A stretch of DNA of 64,000 nucleotides from Flavobacteriales bacterium (GCA_947462725.1 CANHPZ010000001.1:3969-67968), one strand, 5' to 3'; positions 10,329 to 20,329 are shown, counted from the first letter of the stretch. Notes: generated by a model not told the origin, from the letters alone. Made by a program: numbers and translations.

Positions 10329-12383
10329 CTATTTGCCCGGAACGTAGTCGGTGCGCAATACGCGGAATACCGTTCTACGATTGAGCTGGTGTGCAATCTC
10401 CTGCTGATCTTTACTTGCCAATTTGTTGATGTAGGCCTCGGTGAGCTCATCGCCCTTCTTGAAACTACCCATATCTTTTCTCAAGATACGTGGCTCTGTT
10501 TCACCCTTACCAACTGCCACAATGCGCTTGGCGTCGACACCCTTTTCCTTCACCAAATAATCCACGCATGCTTGAGCACGAGCTTGTGAGAGTGTTTGGT
10601 TGTCCTTGTCTGCGCCACGTGCATCCGTGTGGGCCTCGAGCTGAACAACCAACTTAGGGTTGCGCACCATGATATCGTAGAGGTAATTCAAAGAGTCCTT
10701 AGAATTCACCTCAGCATTCACTTGCAATGCACTCTTCGCGTAATCGTAGCGCACCTCAGGCATTTCGATACCACCTTGACGTGAAGTTGGATCAGGAATA
10801 GGAATAATGAAATACTCACGTGCAAAATTGGTGGATGCACTCAAGCCAATGGTTGAAAGCTTATCACCTGTTCCGATATACTTATCTTTCTGCACATCGA
10901 TAGTGTATGTGTAGTTCGACTTGATTTGAGTCTTATCGAAGCTGAATCCACCATTGCCGTCGGTTGTCATGTTCAAGTTGATTGGATCACCGGAATTGCT
11001 TGAACCCACCAATGTGACAGCTGCGCCCCCAACCGGTGTTCCGCTATCCTTGTCATACACGGTTCCTACAAGCGAGAATTCCAACGACTGTTCAGTGAAG
11101 CGATAGATATCATCTTTTCCCTTTCCACCCGGACGATCTGAAGTAATGTAACCTGAGAATGACTTGTCACCTTCCTTCTTCATTTCCAGAACCAATGCAA
11201 AGTCATTTGACGAAGTATTGATTGGATACTCCAAAGCTACAGGTGCATTGAATCCCATCTCTCCTGACTTGGTTGCTTTGAAAATATCAAGACCACCCAA
11301 GCCACCCAAGCCATTCGAAGCGAAATAGAGAGTTCCATCATCAGCAACGTGTGGGAACAACTCATCTCCGGAGCTATTAATCATGCCCAAATTCTGGGGT
11401 TTAGACCACGACGTATTGTTCTTGTCATAGCTCATATACCAAATATCCTTTCCACCCTTTCCGCCAGGCATATCTGAAGCAAACAAAAGGTATTTGCCAT
11501 CAGCAGTAATGCATGGATGACCCACCACTGAAGTGTCGTTCTGGCTGCGATCAATAACATTCAAATTGCTGATTTGATTGAATTTTCCATCAGGAGACTT
11601 GATGCAACGTGCGATATCACAAGCAAACCAAGCCTTCTCGCTTTCATACTTGCAATATGTATAGAACACCTCCTTGAAATCCTTGCTGAAACTAGCAGCG
11701 CCCTCATTGCTGATGGTATTGATTTCACCGGCCAATGGCTGCGGCGAACTCCACTTGCCTTTTTTATCTTGATCAGCGTAGAACAAGTCCATGAAACTTT
11801 CTCCCGTAATTGGATCTTGATAAGAACCAGCAGAAGCCTGACGACTTGATGAAAACACAATTTGATTCGGACCTGAATATGCTACACCGTAATCAAAAAA
11901 CGGTGAATTCAATTCAACCACATTCTCCACAGTAATTTTCACCTTAGCGTTTTTCTTAGACGCTGCGTCTTGCGCTGACTTGATGCGCAAACTCGCCTTC
12001 GACTTATCACCGCCCTTTGCTGTGTATTTGTTGAACTGAGCAACAGCATCATCCCAACGACCGAGCTCAAGCAAGCTCAAACCATATCCATAATAAACCT
12101 CTGGATTGTTATTGTAGTATTGAGCTACAATGGCCTTTTCATACCACTCTAAACTTTGTTGAGGATCTGCAACCAAACGGTAGCATTCACCCAAACGAAA
12201 GAAAATACGCGCCTTGTCATCCAATGACTTCGTGGCAGGTTCTGCCGTCTTATACAATTTAGCTGCTTCGTAATAACCGCGATTGTCGTATTGCTGGTCA
12301 GCCTTCTTCGTGGCTTGAGCCCACGAGACTACAACCAATAGCATAAACAATACTGTGGCAATTAATGGTTTAGCGATTTTCAT
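10329..12383 (-). CDS. OmpA-family protein with N-terminal TPR, TolB-like beta-propeller repeats and a C-terminal OmpA/MotB peptidoglycan-binding domain
   Basis: 684 aa. Signal peptide MKIAKPLIATVLFMLLVVVSWAQA. The C-terminus has LEAHTDARGADKDNQTLSQARAQA. Confidence 0.85.
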   Translation of the reverse strand: MKIAKPLIATVLFMLLVVVSWAQATKKADQQYDNRGYYEAAKLYKTAEPATKSLDDKARIFFRLGECYRLVADPQQSLEWYEKAIVAQYYNNNPEVYYGYGLSLLELGRWDDAVAQFNKYTAKGGDKSKASLRIKSAQDAASKKNAKVKITVENVVELNSPFFDYGVAYSGPNQIVFSSSRQASAGSYQDPITGESFMDLFYADQDKKGKWSSPQPLAGEINTISNEGAASFSKDFKEVFYTYCKYESEKAWFACDIARCIKSPDGKFNQISNLNVIDRSQNDTSVVGHPCITADGKYLLFASDMPGGKGGKDIWYMSYDKNNTSWSKPQNLGMINSSGDELFPHVADDGTLYFASNGLGGLGGLDIFKATKSGEMGFNAPVALEYPINTSSNDFALVLEMKKEGDKSFSGYITSDRPGGKGKDDIYRFTEQSLEFSLVGTVYDKDSGTPVGGAAVTLVGSSNSGDPINLNMTTDGNGGFSFDKTQIKSNYTYTIDVQKDKYIGTGDKLSTIGLSASTNFAREYFIIPIPDPTSRQGGIEMPEVRYDYAKSALQVNAEVNSKDSLNYLYDIMVRNPKLVVQLEAHTDARGADKDNQTLSQARAQACVDYLVKEKGVDAKRIVAVGKGETEPRILRKDMGSFKKGDELTEAYINKLASKDQQEIAHQLNRRTVFRVLRTDYVPGK

Positions 12384-12539
12384 ACAGGTTTTTTTAAGGA
12401 ATCGGTCTTTTTTATCGTGACGAAAATAGTGAATTCTCGTTTTTAAGCAACTTTTGAAATGAAATCAACTTTGAACACCTGAGTATGGGTATCGATTACT
12501 CCGCCGCATGAACGCCAAACAAGCTTTTCAGTAGCGCCA

Positions 12540-12577
12540 TAAAAAATCCCGCGACCGGGTGGAGATGGGCGCGGGAT
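12540..12577 (-). terminator. Rho-independent terminator after the Crp-family gene
   Basis: ATCCCGCG...CGCGGGAT stem. TTTTTTAT follows on the minus strand. Confidence 0.75.
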
Positions 12578-12674
12578 CTTTGTGATTTGCGTTGATTACA
12601 ATACCTAAATAATCTAACACTTACTAACCGACGGCAAGTTTGGACTGCTGGCAATAAAAACTAGATGATACAAG

Positions 12675-13268
12675 TCAGTTGGAGGCGCGGCGTTTCTCAA
12701 TCAATCCGCGTTTGATGCGGCTAAGTGCCTCAGGAGTGATACCGAGAAATGATGCGATATAATGCTGCGCTACCCGCAATTCCATTTGAGGGTAACTCTT
12801 TACCAAATCCACATAACGACGCTCGGCGCTCTTCGACATAATGTCCATAGTCCTCTTTTGAGAAGCTACATAGGCCTTCTGCATTAGCAATCGGAAAAAG
12901 CGCTCAAACTTGGGATAGGTGGTCAGCAAAGCCTCGTAATCATCGCGATGAATGACAAGCACCTCTGTGTCTTCGATGGCCTCGATGGTAAAAAAAGCCG
13001 GATCTCCAGTTACAAAGCTGAACAAATCCGCCGCCCACCAATCCTCAAACGCCAAATGAAAAATATGCTCATGGCCGCGCTCATCTGTTGTGAAGGTTCG
13101 CAAGCAACCTTTGATAACGAAGTAATAAAACTCGCTATTCTCACCGGCTTGCAAGAGCACTTCGCGCTTCTTGAAGAATTTGCGCTCCATCACGCGAAAA
13201 AACGCTTCGAACTCGATGTTCGAAATCGCAATCTGTTTTTGAATGTGGGCGCGTAATACCTGCGGCAT
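12675..13268 (-). CDS. Crp/Fnr family transcriptional regulator (cNMP-binding domain plus C-terminal HTH)
   Basis: 197 aa. Typical Bacteroidota Crp-like layout (FKKREVLLQAGENSEFYYFVIKGCLR ... IASFLGITPEALSRIK). Confidence 0.85.
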   Translation of the reverse strand: MPQVLRAHIQKQIAISNIEFEAFFRVMERKFFKKREVLLQAGENSEFYYFVIKGCLRTFTTDERGHEHIFHLAFEDWWAADLFSFVTGDPAFFTIEAIEDTEVLVIHRDDYEALLTTYPKFERFFRLLMQKAYVASQKRTMDIMSKSAERRYVDLVKSYPQMELRVAQHYIASFLGITPEALSRIKRGLIEKRRASN

Positions 13269-13269
13269 T

Positions 13270-16200
13270 TTAATTCTTAATAAACTTCAACGTGTCAACG
13301 GATTTACCATCGGTGAGGTGAACAAAGTAAACACCTTTTGGCAAATCTTCGATGTTCAACTGAGAAGTTTCAGTAACACTTTTTCTACGGAATACTTCCG
13401 AACCAATTTCATCACCCAAAACATTAAATAATCGACAAGTGACTATTCGATCAAAACCGGTTGTTTCCAAATTGATTCTATCGCGAGCCGGATTTGGGTA
13501 AAGTTTCAATTGTGCATTTGAGCTTGATGACTCTTCCATATTGGCAGGAACATTCGTTTCAAATCGGAAACGGTGAATGATCTCCTTACCGAAATCACGC
13601 TCGAAACTTTCGAAATCAAATCCGCTAACGCGATCTAACTTGCAATAACCCGTTCCATCGCTGTTGGCAAAGAAATCCAATCCGTCATCATCGCTATCCT
13701 TCAAATGAAACGTGTAACAGCCCGCATTCAATGCAATGGTATCGCGGTAAATTGTATTCGCATCAGGAAAATTGCTGCGCTCAAAAACAACCTGATCATA
13801 TTGATCATAGAGCGTATACGAAGACTCTCCATTTGCCGCGTTTGTGCGCAGTATGATGATCATGCGGTTATCATCCAAGTTGGTATAAGCGTATGTGGGC
13901 GGTCGCTGAAAAACAGACTCTGCGTAATTATTGGTCCCATTTTCATCCAAACCATTGTTGCTTTCACCAAGTCGTATATAAAAACGAAGAGCCGCTGCAG
14001 CATCACCATTCCAAAGCATCGGATCGCTGTAGGTCAACTCAATTTCCTCACGTTCCATAAAGCTCAAATTACCGCTCCATTCCAGCGACTCCTCCGTTCC
14101 TCCAACCAGACCATAGTAAATGGTTAAGTTCGTCAGGGGTTCAGCGCCCAAATTGCGCAAAATGAATCGAGGGTTGTCGCATATCGGATTCCACCGGCTA
14201 TGAATCTTCCAATTGCTCGGCGCTGTAATCATGTCAATCTCGGGATCATGCGCATGCTGCGCTTCACCATAGCCGACAAGCGTTCCGAAAAACACGTAAT
14301 TGCCATAATCATTGAACGTAATATCGTAGTCGACAGAGAATGAACTACCTGCACCAACATGTGGCGTGAGTTCAAATTCCTTAGTAGTTGAATTCATTCC
14401 CGGGCACCAACCTGCGCGATCAAATATCCAAGTGCCTCCTTGCGGATAAAGTGGATTCGTCGCACACTCTTGTAGAATATCCCAGTCGGCAATGCTCTGC
14501 CCATTGACCTTCACACTTTGCATATTGTTGCAGAACTCTGCACAGTTGGGGGGATTATCAAATTGATGTCCCGTATTGGTCGTGAGCAGTTTCCACATGT
14601 GCTCGCCCGGCTGTTTTTCGACAGTGACAGCCTGCACTGCGTTATCAAAATTGCTTAACCCTTGATTGGTGTCCCAAAGACGCTCTACCCGCAACACATC
14701 ACGAGCAGGTGGACCTTCAATAAAGAGGAATTTCATATCCAACAACTCCTGCCAATTGCCCGACTCCAATTCAACAGAATCACGGAGCAATGGTTCCCAA
14801 TCAGTCACATCCACCACCCACGTCCAACCATCGGTTCCCAAATCCAACTGTATTCCATACATCGAAATGAAACGATTCAGTTCATAGCGATTTACCACCT
14901 CAAACGGTGCCTGCCAATAATCGAAATCTTCATTGTTCAATTCATATTCCGCAGCTATGTCAACAACCGACAATGTATCGCCAGAAGGGTCGATTACGTA
15001 GGTCGAGGTAGCAAGCCAACCGTAAGCTACGTCAGTGGCTACAGGCAAATAATTAACTGCATCATAAGTGACAATAGAAACTGGCGGCACTGCCTCTTGA
15101 ACGGTAATTACTTCCGTATCCACATGCGTAAGAAATTCACCCGAAGTAATGCGGATCAAAGGACGCTCTGTTGCATATGTCTTGTTGCGCCAAAGTTGAT
15201 CTCCTTTGTAAGCCACACGCGCAGCATTGCCATGCATCCAAGCATGATGTCCATGTCCACTGCCATCCATGACCATTTCACCGTCCTGCTCATTGAATGA
15301 ATAGTAGACTTGAAGATTACTCCAATTCGGATGCGATGCATTCAAATCACGATTCATCCAATCCGCAATGGTATTAGCATCAAGCTCTGCATTAAAAACG
15401 GCAAACTCATCAATGCTTCCATTATAGAAATTGGACCAACTGGTGGCGCCACCAATACTGAACCGCTGGATATCGAGCATCAAATTATCGAGGTTAGTTC
15501 CGGAGTGCCATAGCTGCCCATTCAGATAAATTTTCATCGAACCTGTAGTGCAATTCTTTGTAAATGCCCAGTGATTCCAACTTCCTTCAAAGTTCACGTC
15601 CTGCGCAAGCTTGTTGATGCGATCATAGCCTCCATCATTTCCGGCATCCCAATACACATTAGCATTGCTCCAAGGTAAATGCACATTAAGCACACGTTGA
15701 TTGAGCGAATTCACGCCTTCGAAAATGGTCCCATTTTGCGGCTGAATGTTAGCGTCACCATTTTGCCAAAGCATGATGGTAATCTCACTACTCACATTTT
15801 CAAAAGCGCCGGAAGGCACTCTCACTTCGTCTTGCCAATCCATGCGCATGTAGCGATCATTCCCTGATGACGTGCAAGCAGAAACAAAATCAGTTGAGGT
15901 ACTCAAGGCCTGCAACGACAAGGCTGCTTGAGCCTGAGTGTAGCTCACGCGCAAAAGCAAACCCGATGTGCCGTCCCAAACGGCAGCATCAAGTGACAGC
16001 AAATCTCTCCAACCCATCACCGCAACATCTGTATTGCGGCTGTAGAGATCTTGAAAAGCAACATTGTCATAAAACCCTGTCACCACAGAATCAATGGCCC
16101 AAGCATATTCAATGCGTAAGAAATCGATTTGCGCCGGAGTATTATCAAACGAAAAGGCCAGCATGCCCATAGCATCACCCACTTGCAATCCTGCTGCAGA

Positions 16201-16761
16201 CAATTCATCCGCACGATAGAGATAAACTGATTTCTGCGTCTGGTGATTGAACCACGGCGAAGCCGATGAACCAGCAGAATCGCCTACAAGGTGTTGATGC
16301 AAATTCTGAGCATTATCCAACACAGCGTATGATTGAACAAATTGACGTTCAAGCGTCACAGGCTGAGATGTGATGGCGGCGGTATCAAAATCCGCGTTGT
16401 TGATGTAATACCGCGGATGAGTAGCAAGGGTGCTATCGATAACACCGGTATGATCATACAAGTAGGTGTAGGTCAAATAATCCCACTCACCACACGGGTA
16501 ACCCAAATTACCGGCCGTTCCATCCTGAAAGCACTTCAAGTTGTAGTACATCAAAATCTTCTGGTACTCTACCCCATTGTTGCTCGCTGGAAAGTCAAAC
16601 CAACGCCTACCTGGCGAATCATATGGATTGGCCGGATTGTTCTGTGCATCCCAAGTAAAGGTTTGCACTACCGTTGTGTCTGCGGATTGAGCAACACTAT
16701 TGTGACTGCTCCAAAAAGCAAATACGAACAACAACGAAATTGGAAAAATAGTCAAGCGCAT
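13270..16761 (-). CDS. PNGase F-like (peptide-N-glycosidase F-related) protein with an inserted LamG/concanavalin-like domain and a T9SS C-terminal sorting domain
   Basis: 1163 aa with a signal peptide. Motifs matching my recollection of PNGase F are YPCGEWDY (CDEWDRY), ELNRFISMYG...VVDVTDWEPLL, NCAEFC (CAEWC) and FDRAGWCPGM (DRAGWCPGM). LamG-like segment: NGSIDEFAVFNAEL. CTD: LKLYPNPARDRINLE...GVYFVHLTDGKSVDTLKFIKN. Confidence 0.8.
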   Translation of the reverse strand: MRLTIFPISLLFVFAFWSSHNSVAQSADTTVVQTFTWDAQNNPANPYDSPGRRWFDFPASNNGVEYQKILMYYNLKCFQDGTAGNLGYPCGEWDYLTYTYLYDHTGVIDSTLATHPRYYINNADFDTAAITSQPVTLERQFVQSYAVLDNAQNLHQHLVGDSAGSSASPWFNHQTQKSVYLYRADELSAAGLQVGDAMGMLAFSFDNTPAQIDFLRIEYAWAIDSVVTGFYDNVAFQDLYSRNTDVAVMGWRDLLSLDAAVWDGTSGLLLRVSYTQAQAALSLQALSTSTDFVSACTSSGNDRYMRMDWQDEVRVPSGAFENVSSEITIMLWQNGDANIQPQNGTIFEGVNSLNQRVLNVHLPWSNANVYWDAGNDGGYDRINKLAQDVNFEGSWNHWAFTKNCTTGSMKIYLNGQLWHSGTNLDNLMLDIQRFSIGGATSWSNFYNGSIDEFAVFNAELDANTIADWMNRDLNASHPNWSNLQVYYSFNEQDGEMVMDGSGHGHHAWMHGNAARVAYKGDQLWRNKTYATERPLIRITSGEFLTHVDTEVITVQEAVPPVSIVTYDAVNYLPVATDVAYGWLATSTYVIDPSGDTLSVVDIAAEYELNNEDFDYWQAPFEVVNRYELNRFISMYGIQLDLGTDGWTWVVDVTDWEPLLRDSVELESGNWQELLDMKFLFIEGPPARDVLRVERLWDTNQGLSNFDNAVQAVTVEKQPGEHMWKLLTTNTGHQFDNPPNCAEFCNNMQSVKVNGQSIADWDILQECATNPLYPQGGTWIFDRAGWCPGMNSTTKEFELTPHVGAGSSFSVDYDITFNDYGNYVFFGTLVGYGEAQHAHDPEIDMITAPSNWKIHSRWNPICDNPRFILRNLGAEPLTNLTIYYGLVGGTEESLEWSGNLSFMEREEIELTYSDPMLWNGDAAAALRFYIRLGESNNGLDENGTNNYAESVFQRPPTYAYTNLDDNRMIIILRTNAANGESSYTLYDQYDQVVFERSNFPDANTIYRDTIALNAGCYTFHLKDSDDDGLDFFANSDGTGYCKLDRVSGFDFESFERDFGKEIIHRFRFETNVPANMEESSSSNAQLKLYPNPARDRINLETTGFDRIVTCRLFNVLGDEIGSEVFRRKSVTETSQLNIEDLPKGVYFVHLTDGKSVDTLKFIKN

Positions 16762-16819
16762 AGGAGCAATTTTAAGCCATAAACCTATGCACTCTTTAAA
16801 ACAAAATCAACCCTACTCG

Positions 16820-17341
16820 CTATTTTTCAGCCACAGCATCAACATTAAGCTCTACATTCATAATGAAATGAATGGGCTTATGCGACAGCGTCCCATCTAG
16901 GGTGAATTCCAAACCGTCATTGGATATCAGATAATCTTCCAGCCTTTTGACATCAGCATCACTCAAAGGCACATTGATTTTCTGTTCCAATGGATCAAAA
17001 GCAAAATTGTTATAGGAATAATATACCACCGAAGACGGGTCATTGATTTTTTGAATACCCAGTTTACCGGTAAATCTGCACGAGTCGTTGCCATAAAATT
17101 CCCAAATCGAATAATTTATGCTCCGAATCTCGTAGCGATCAATCTGTTCCTTTATCGCCGCAATAGCGTCGTTGTCGAGCGGATTCAAAGTGGCACTCCG
17201 CTCAAAGACCAGCGAAGAGTCGGAATTTGCTTCAACCTCGAAATCCAAATTGAGGGTTGCTGATTTGCGCACATCGTGCTTGTTGCATGCGGCAGTAAGA
17301 ACAAGGATTACAGCTGCGCAAGAAAATAGAATCTGTTTCAT
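16820..17341 (-). CDS. Hypothetical lipoprotein
   Basis: 173 aa. Lipobox-like signal MKQILFSCAAVILVLTAAC. No motif recognised. Confidence 0.6.
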   Translation of the reverse strand: MKQILFSCAAVILVLTAACNKHDVRKSATLNLDFEVEANSDSSLVFERSATLNPLDNDAIAAIKEQIDRYEIRSINYSIWEFYGNDSCRFTGKLGIQKINDPSSVVYYSYNNFAFDPLEQKINVPLSDADVKRLEDYLISNDGLEFTLDGTLSHKPIHFIMNVELNVDAVAEK

Positions 17342-17360
17342 TGGTTAATCAATTTAAGTA

Positions 17361-18683
17361 ATGACGAATTTATCGGATACCACAGAATTCAAAATGACGA
17401 ATATTAGTGAGGCATTCTTGCATCACTTATGGAAGTTTCGACTCTTCCGACAAGACCAACTCAAAAGCAATACAGGTCAGGACATCGAGGTAGTTCATCC
17501 CGGAATTCACAACCATCATGGCGGACCTGATTTTATGAATGCCCGATTGCGCATCGATGGAACACTGTGGTGGGGCCATGTCGAAATTCATGTGCGCTCT
17601 AGCGATTGGCATCGGCATGGACATGTTGGCGATGAACATTATCATAACGTAATTCTGCATGTGGTTGTAGAGAATGACCGTGAGGTGTACTTACAGCAAC
17701 CCAACGACTTGCCCGTGCTGGAATTGAAAAATTACATCCCGTGGAATTTCTGGGAACAATACCGCGCATGGATACACACCTGCCAATGGATTCCATGCGA
17801 GAAGGAATGCAAAACGATGGAAGAGCTGCAATGGATCAGTTGGAAAGACCGATTACTGGCAGAACGTCTGCAGCATAGAGTCGAACACATACTGATTGAA
17901 TTGGAGCGCACGAAAGGCAATTGGGCGCAGATAACGTTTCGTGAATTGGCCCGTGCATTCGGATTCAAATCCAATGCAGCTGCTATGGAGTTGTTGGCAG
18001 AATCGATTCCCTACCACATCATTGCACGTCACCATACAGACCCGATGCAAATTGAAGCACTTCTCTTCGGACAATCGGGCCTATTGCAGACTGATCATAA
18101 AGACTCTTATCCAAAATCTCTTGAGCGAGAATATTGGATACTGCAACACAAGTATGGTCTTCGCCCCATAAGCCGGGCCGCCTGGAATTTTGGCCGAGTG
18201 CGCCCTCAAAACACGCCAGCAATCCGAATTGCACAGCTTGCTGCAGCATTATCCTCGAGCGATCACCTTGCATCCACCCTGCTGCATAGCAACACGGATC
18301 AACTGCAGCGTTGGCTGCAACAAGAAGTAAATCCATATTGGAAAACACATCATGATTTTGACCGACCCACAGCATTACCAAGCCATTGCAGACTTGGCAA
18401 TAAATCCATCGACAACATCATAATCAATGCAGCGTGTAAGCTTCAGTTTGCATTTGGAAAATTCCATGATGACCAGCGCATGATTGAGCGTGCGCTGGCC
18501 AATTTCGAATTGCTAGATGCCGAGGAGAACTCAATCATAGCCAATTGGCGCAAGTTGGGAATACTTGCGAATCACGCCGGAGATTCACAAGCGCTGATTC
18601 AGCTTTACAATGTATATTGCACCAACGAAAAATGTCTCAACTGCGTTGTAGGCAATAAGGTTTTGAATTTTAAAGACACATGA
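17361..18683 (+). CDS. DUF2851-like protein
   Basis: 440 aa. His-rich motif HPGIHNHHGGPDF...GHVEIHVRSSDWHRHGH...VILHVV, which I recall as characteristic of DUF2851. An alternative ATG lies at 17394 (MTNISEAFLHHLW). Confidence 0.6.
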   Translation: MTNLSDTTEFKMTNISEAFLHHLWKFRLFRQDQLKSNTGQDIEVVHPGIHNHHGGPDFMNARLRIDGTLWWGHVEIHVRSSDWHRHGHVGDEHYHNVILHVVVENDREVYLQQPNDLPVLELKNYIPWNFWEQYRAWIHTCQWIPCEKECKTMEELQWISWKDRLLAERLQHRVEHILIELERTKGNWAQITFRELARAFGFKSNAAAMELLAESIPYHIIARHHTDPMQIEALLFGQSGLLQTDHKDSYPKSLEREYWILQHKYGLRPISRAAWNFGRVRPQNTPAIRIAQLAAALSSSDHLASTLLHSNTDQLQRWLQQEVNPYWKTHHDFDRPTALPSHCRLGNKSIDNIIINAACKLQFAFGKFHDDQRMIERALANFELLDAEENSIIANWRKLGILANHAGDSQALIQLYNVYCTNEKCLNCVVGNKVLNFKDT

Positions 18684-18904
18684 AACGCATTCACGCATTA
18701 TTAGAAAAACAACTGTTCGGCATCTGCGCGGGCATTGCCGACTATATGGGCGTCAAAACACTTCAAGTGCGTCTCTCTTTCATCTACCTTTCATTCCTCA
18801 CCTTTGGCTCTCCCATTTTTGCTTATCTAGTTCTTCTCTTCTGGAAAAGAAACTCGCGCATTTGGAAGCCGTGGCTTTGGCGCGGTCGCAAACTCGAACT
18901 ATAA
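18680..18904 (+). CDS. PspC domain-containing membrane protein
   Basis: 74 aa. LFGICAGIADYMGVKTLQVRLSFIYLSFLTFGSPIFAYLVLLF. Has an ATGA overlap with the upstream gene. Confidence 0.7.
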   Translation: MKRIHALLEKQLFGICAGIADYMGVKTLQVRLSFIYLSFLTFGSPIFAYLVLLFWKRNSRIWKPWLWRGRKLEL

Positions 18905-20329
18905 CAGTTCATTCGCCAGGTTCGCCAACTCGCTGCGCTCACCGCGTTCAAGAGTAACATGGCAGTACAAATCTTGTCCCTTCAATCGCTCAATCACATA
19001 AGACATTCCGTTGGATTGCTCGTCGAGATATGGGGTATCAATTTGACGCACATCACCGGTGAGAATCACTTTAGTATTTTCTCCTGCACGCGTGATAATC
19101 GTCTTCACCTCATGAGGTGTGAGGTTTTGTGCTTCATCTATAATGAAGACACAATTTGATAAGCTGCGTCCACGTATGAATGCCAATGGGCAAATAGTAA
19201 TCTTACCCTGCGCCTGCAATTCATCGATAATCTTTCGCTTCTTCTCGTTGTCAGAAAATTGATTCTTGATAAAATTCAAGTTATCCCAAAGCGGCTGCAT
19301 GTAGGGATTCACCTTCTCTTCGGCATCACCCGGCAAAAAGCCAATCTCCTTATTGCTTAACGGAACAATAGGACGTGCGAGATAAATCTGATCATACTGA
19401 TTTTTCATCTCCAACGCTCCCGCTAAAGCCAATAGCGTTTTTCCGGTTCCTGCCACGCCTGAAATGGTTACCAATCGAATATTCGGGTTCAAAATCGCAT
19501 GCATAGCAAAAGCTTGTTCTGCATTTTTGGGTTTAATTCCGTAGGCATACACCTTGTCGACACGCTCGATTTCCTGAGCCTTCGAACTGTAATACGCCAA
19601 TGCTGATGATGTGCAGTTTTTCAGAATATAGAAATGATTGTTCTGTTTTTCCTTTCCCAGAACTTCCGTATCCAATGCCTTACCATCTTGATACAGTTGG
19701 CGGATCACTTCCGAATCCAATCCCTCAATCGTGGATCTGCCGCTATACATGATCATGGCGTCCTTTACTTTGCCTGTTTTAAAATCTTCGGCAGGCAAAT
19801 TCAAAGCCTTTGCCTTCAATCGCAAATTGATATCCTTAGTAACCATGATCACTTTGCACTGCGGCTCCTCTTGTTGCAGTTTTAGCGCTGCGTTCAATAT
19901 CTTATGGTCATTCTTGCGCGATTCGAAAATGGACTCCGCATTCCTGTTCAACTCTTCAGTTGCATTCAATATGATGCGCATGCTGCCGCCCAGGCCGTTT
20001 TCGAGAGGTATCCAATCTTGCAAAGTATGCTCATCCGAAAGTCGATCGATGATGCGAATGCACTCACGCGCTTCGAAGTTTTTCATTTCATTACCTACCT
20101 TGAACTTATCAAGCTCCTCGAGAACTGTTATCGGAATGGCTATGCGATTATCCTCGAAACTGTTGATGCAATTGTGATCGTGCAACAATACAGAGGTGTC
20201 GATGACATAAATCTTACGAACCTCAGTTGATGCAGAAGCTGAGTTGTCCGACTTCATTGCTACTACTTTCGAATTTGTTACCGCAGCTTGCTTCCTGCTC
20301 ACTGCAGTTGACTTCTTTGCTACCGCCAT
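18899..20329 (-). CDS. PhoH-family ATPase with N-terminal PIN domain (YlaK-like)
   Basis: 476 aa. PIN segment IYVIDTSVLLHD. Walker A ISGVAGTGKT. Walker B-like VFIIDEAQN. Confidence 0.9.
   Translation of the reverse strand: MAVAKKSTAVSRKQAAVTNSKVVAMKSDNSASASTEVRKIYVIDTSVLLHDHNCINSFEDNRIAIPITVLEELDKFKVGNEMKNFEARECIRIIDRLSDEHTLQDWIPLENGLGGSMRIILNATEELNRNAESIFESRKNDHKILNAALKLQQEEPQCKVIMVTKDINLRLKAKALNLPAEDFKTGKVKDAMIMYSGRSTIEGLDSEVIRQLYQDGKALDTEVLGKEKQNNHFYILKNCTSSALAYYSSKAQEIERVDKVYAYGIKPKNAEQAFAMHAILNPNIRLVTISGVAGTGKTLLALAGALEMKNQYDQIYLARPIVPLSNKEIGFLPGDAEEKVNPYMQPLWDNLNFIKNQFSDNEKKRKIIDELQAQGKITICPLAFIRGRSLSNCVFIIDEAQNLTPHEVKTIITRAGENTKVILTGDVRQIDTPYLDEQSNGMSYVIERLKGQDLYCHVTLERGERSELANLANELL

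Noticed and set aside
12384-12674. 291-nt intergenic region considered as a possible small RNA gene or riboswitch
   Set aside because: I could recognise only a terminator hairpin (12540-12577). I saw no tRNA cloverleaf, no SRP/6S-like conserved motifs and no known riboswitch core. The region is probably the 5' leader/promoter of the OmpA-family gene plus the terminator of the Crp gene.
14662-15300. 212-aa plus-strand ORF, along with several other 60-150 aa ORFs inside 13270-16761
   Set aside because: They are antisense to the PNGase F-like gene, whose frame carries conserved motifs and a T9SS CTD. They show no independent signals.
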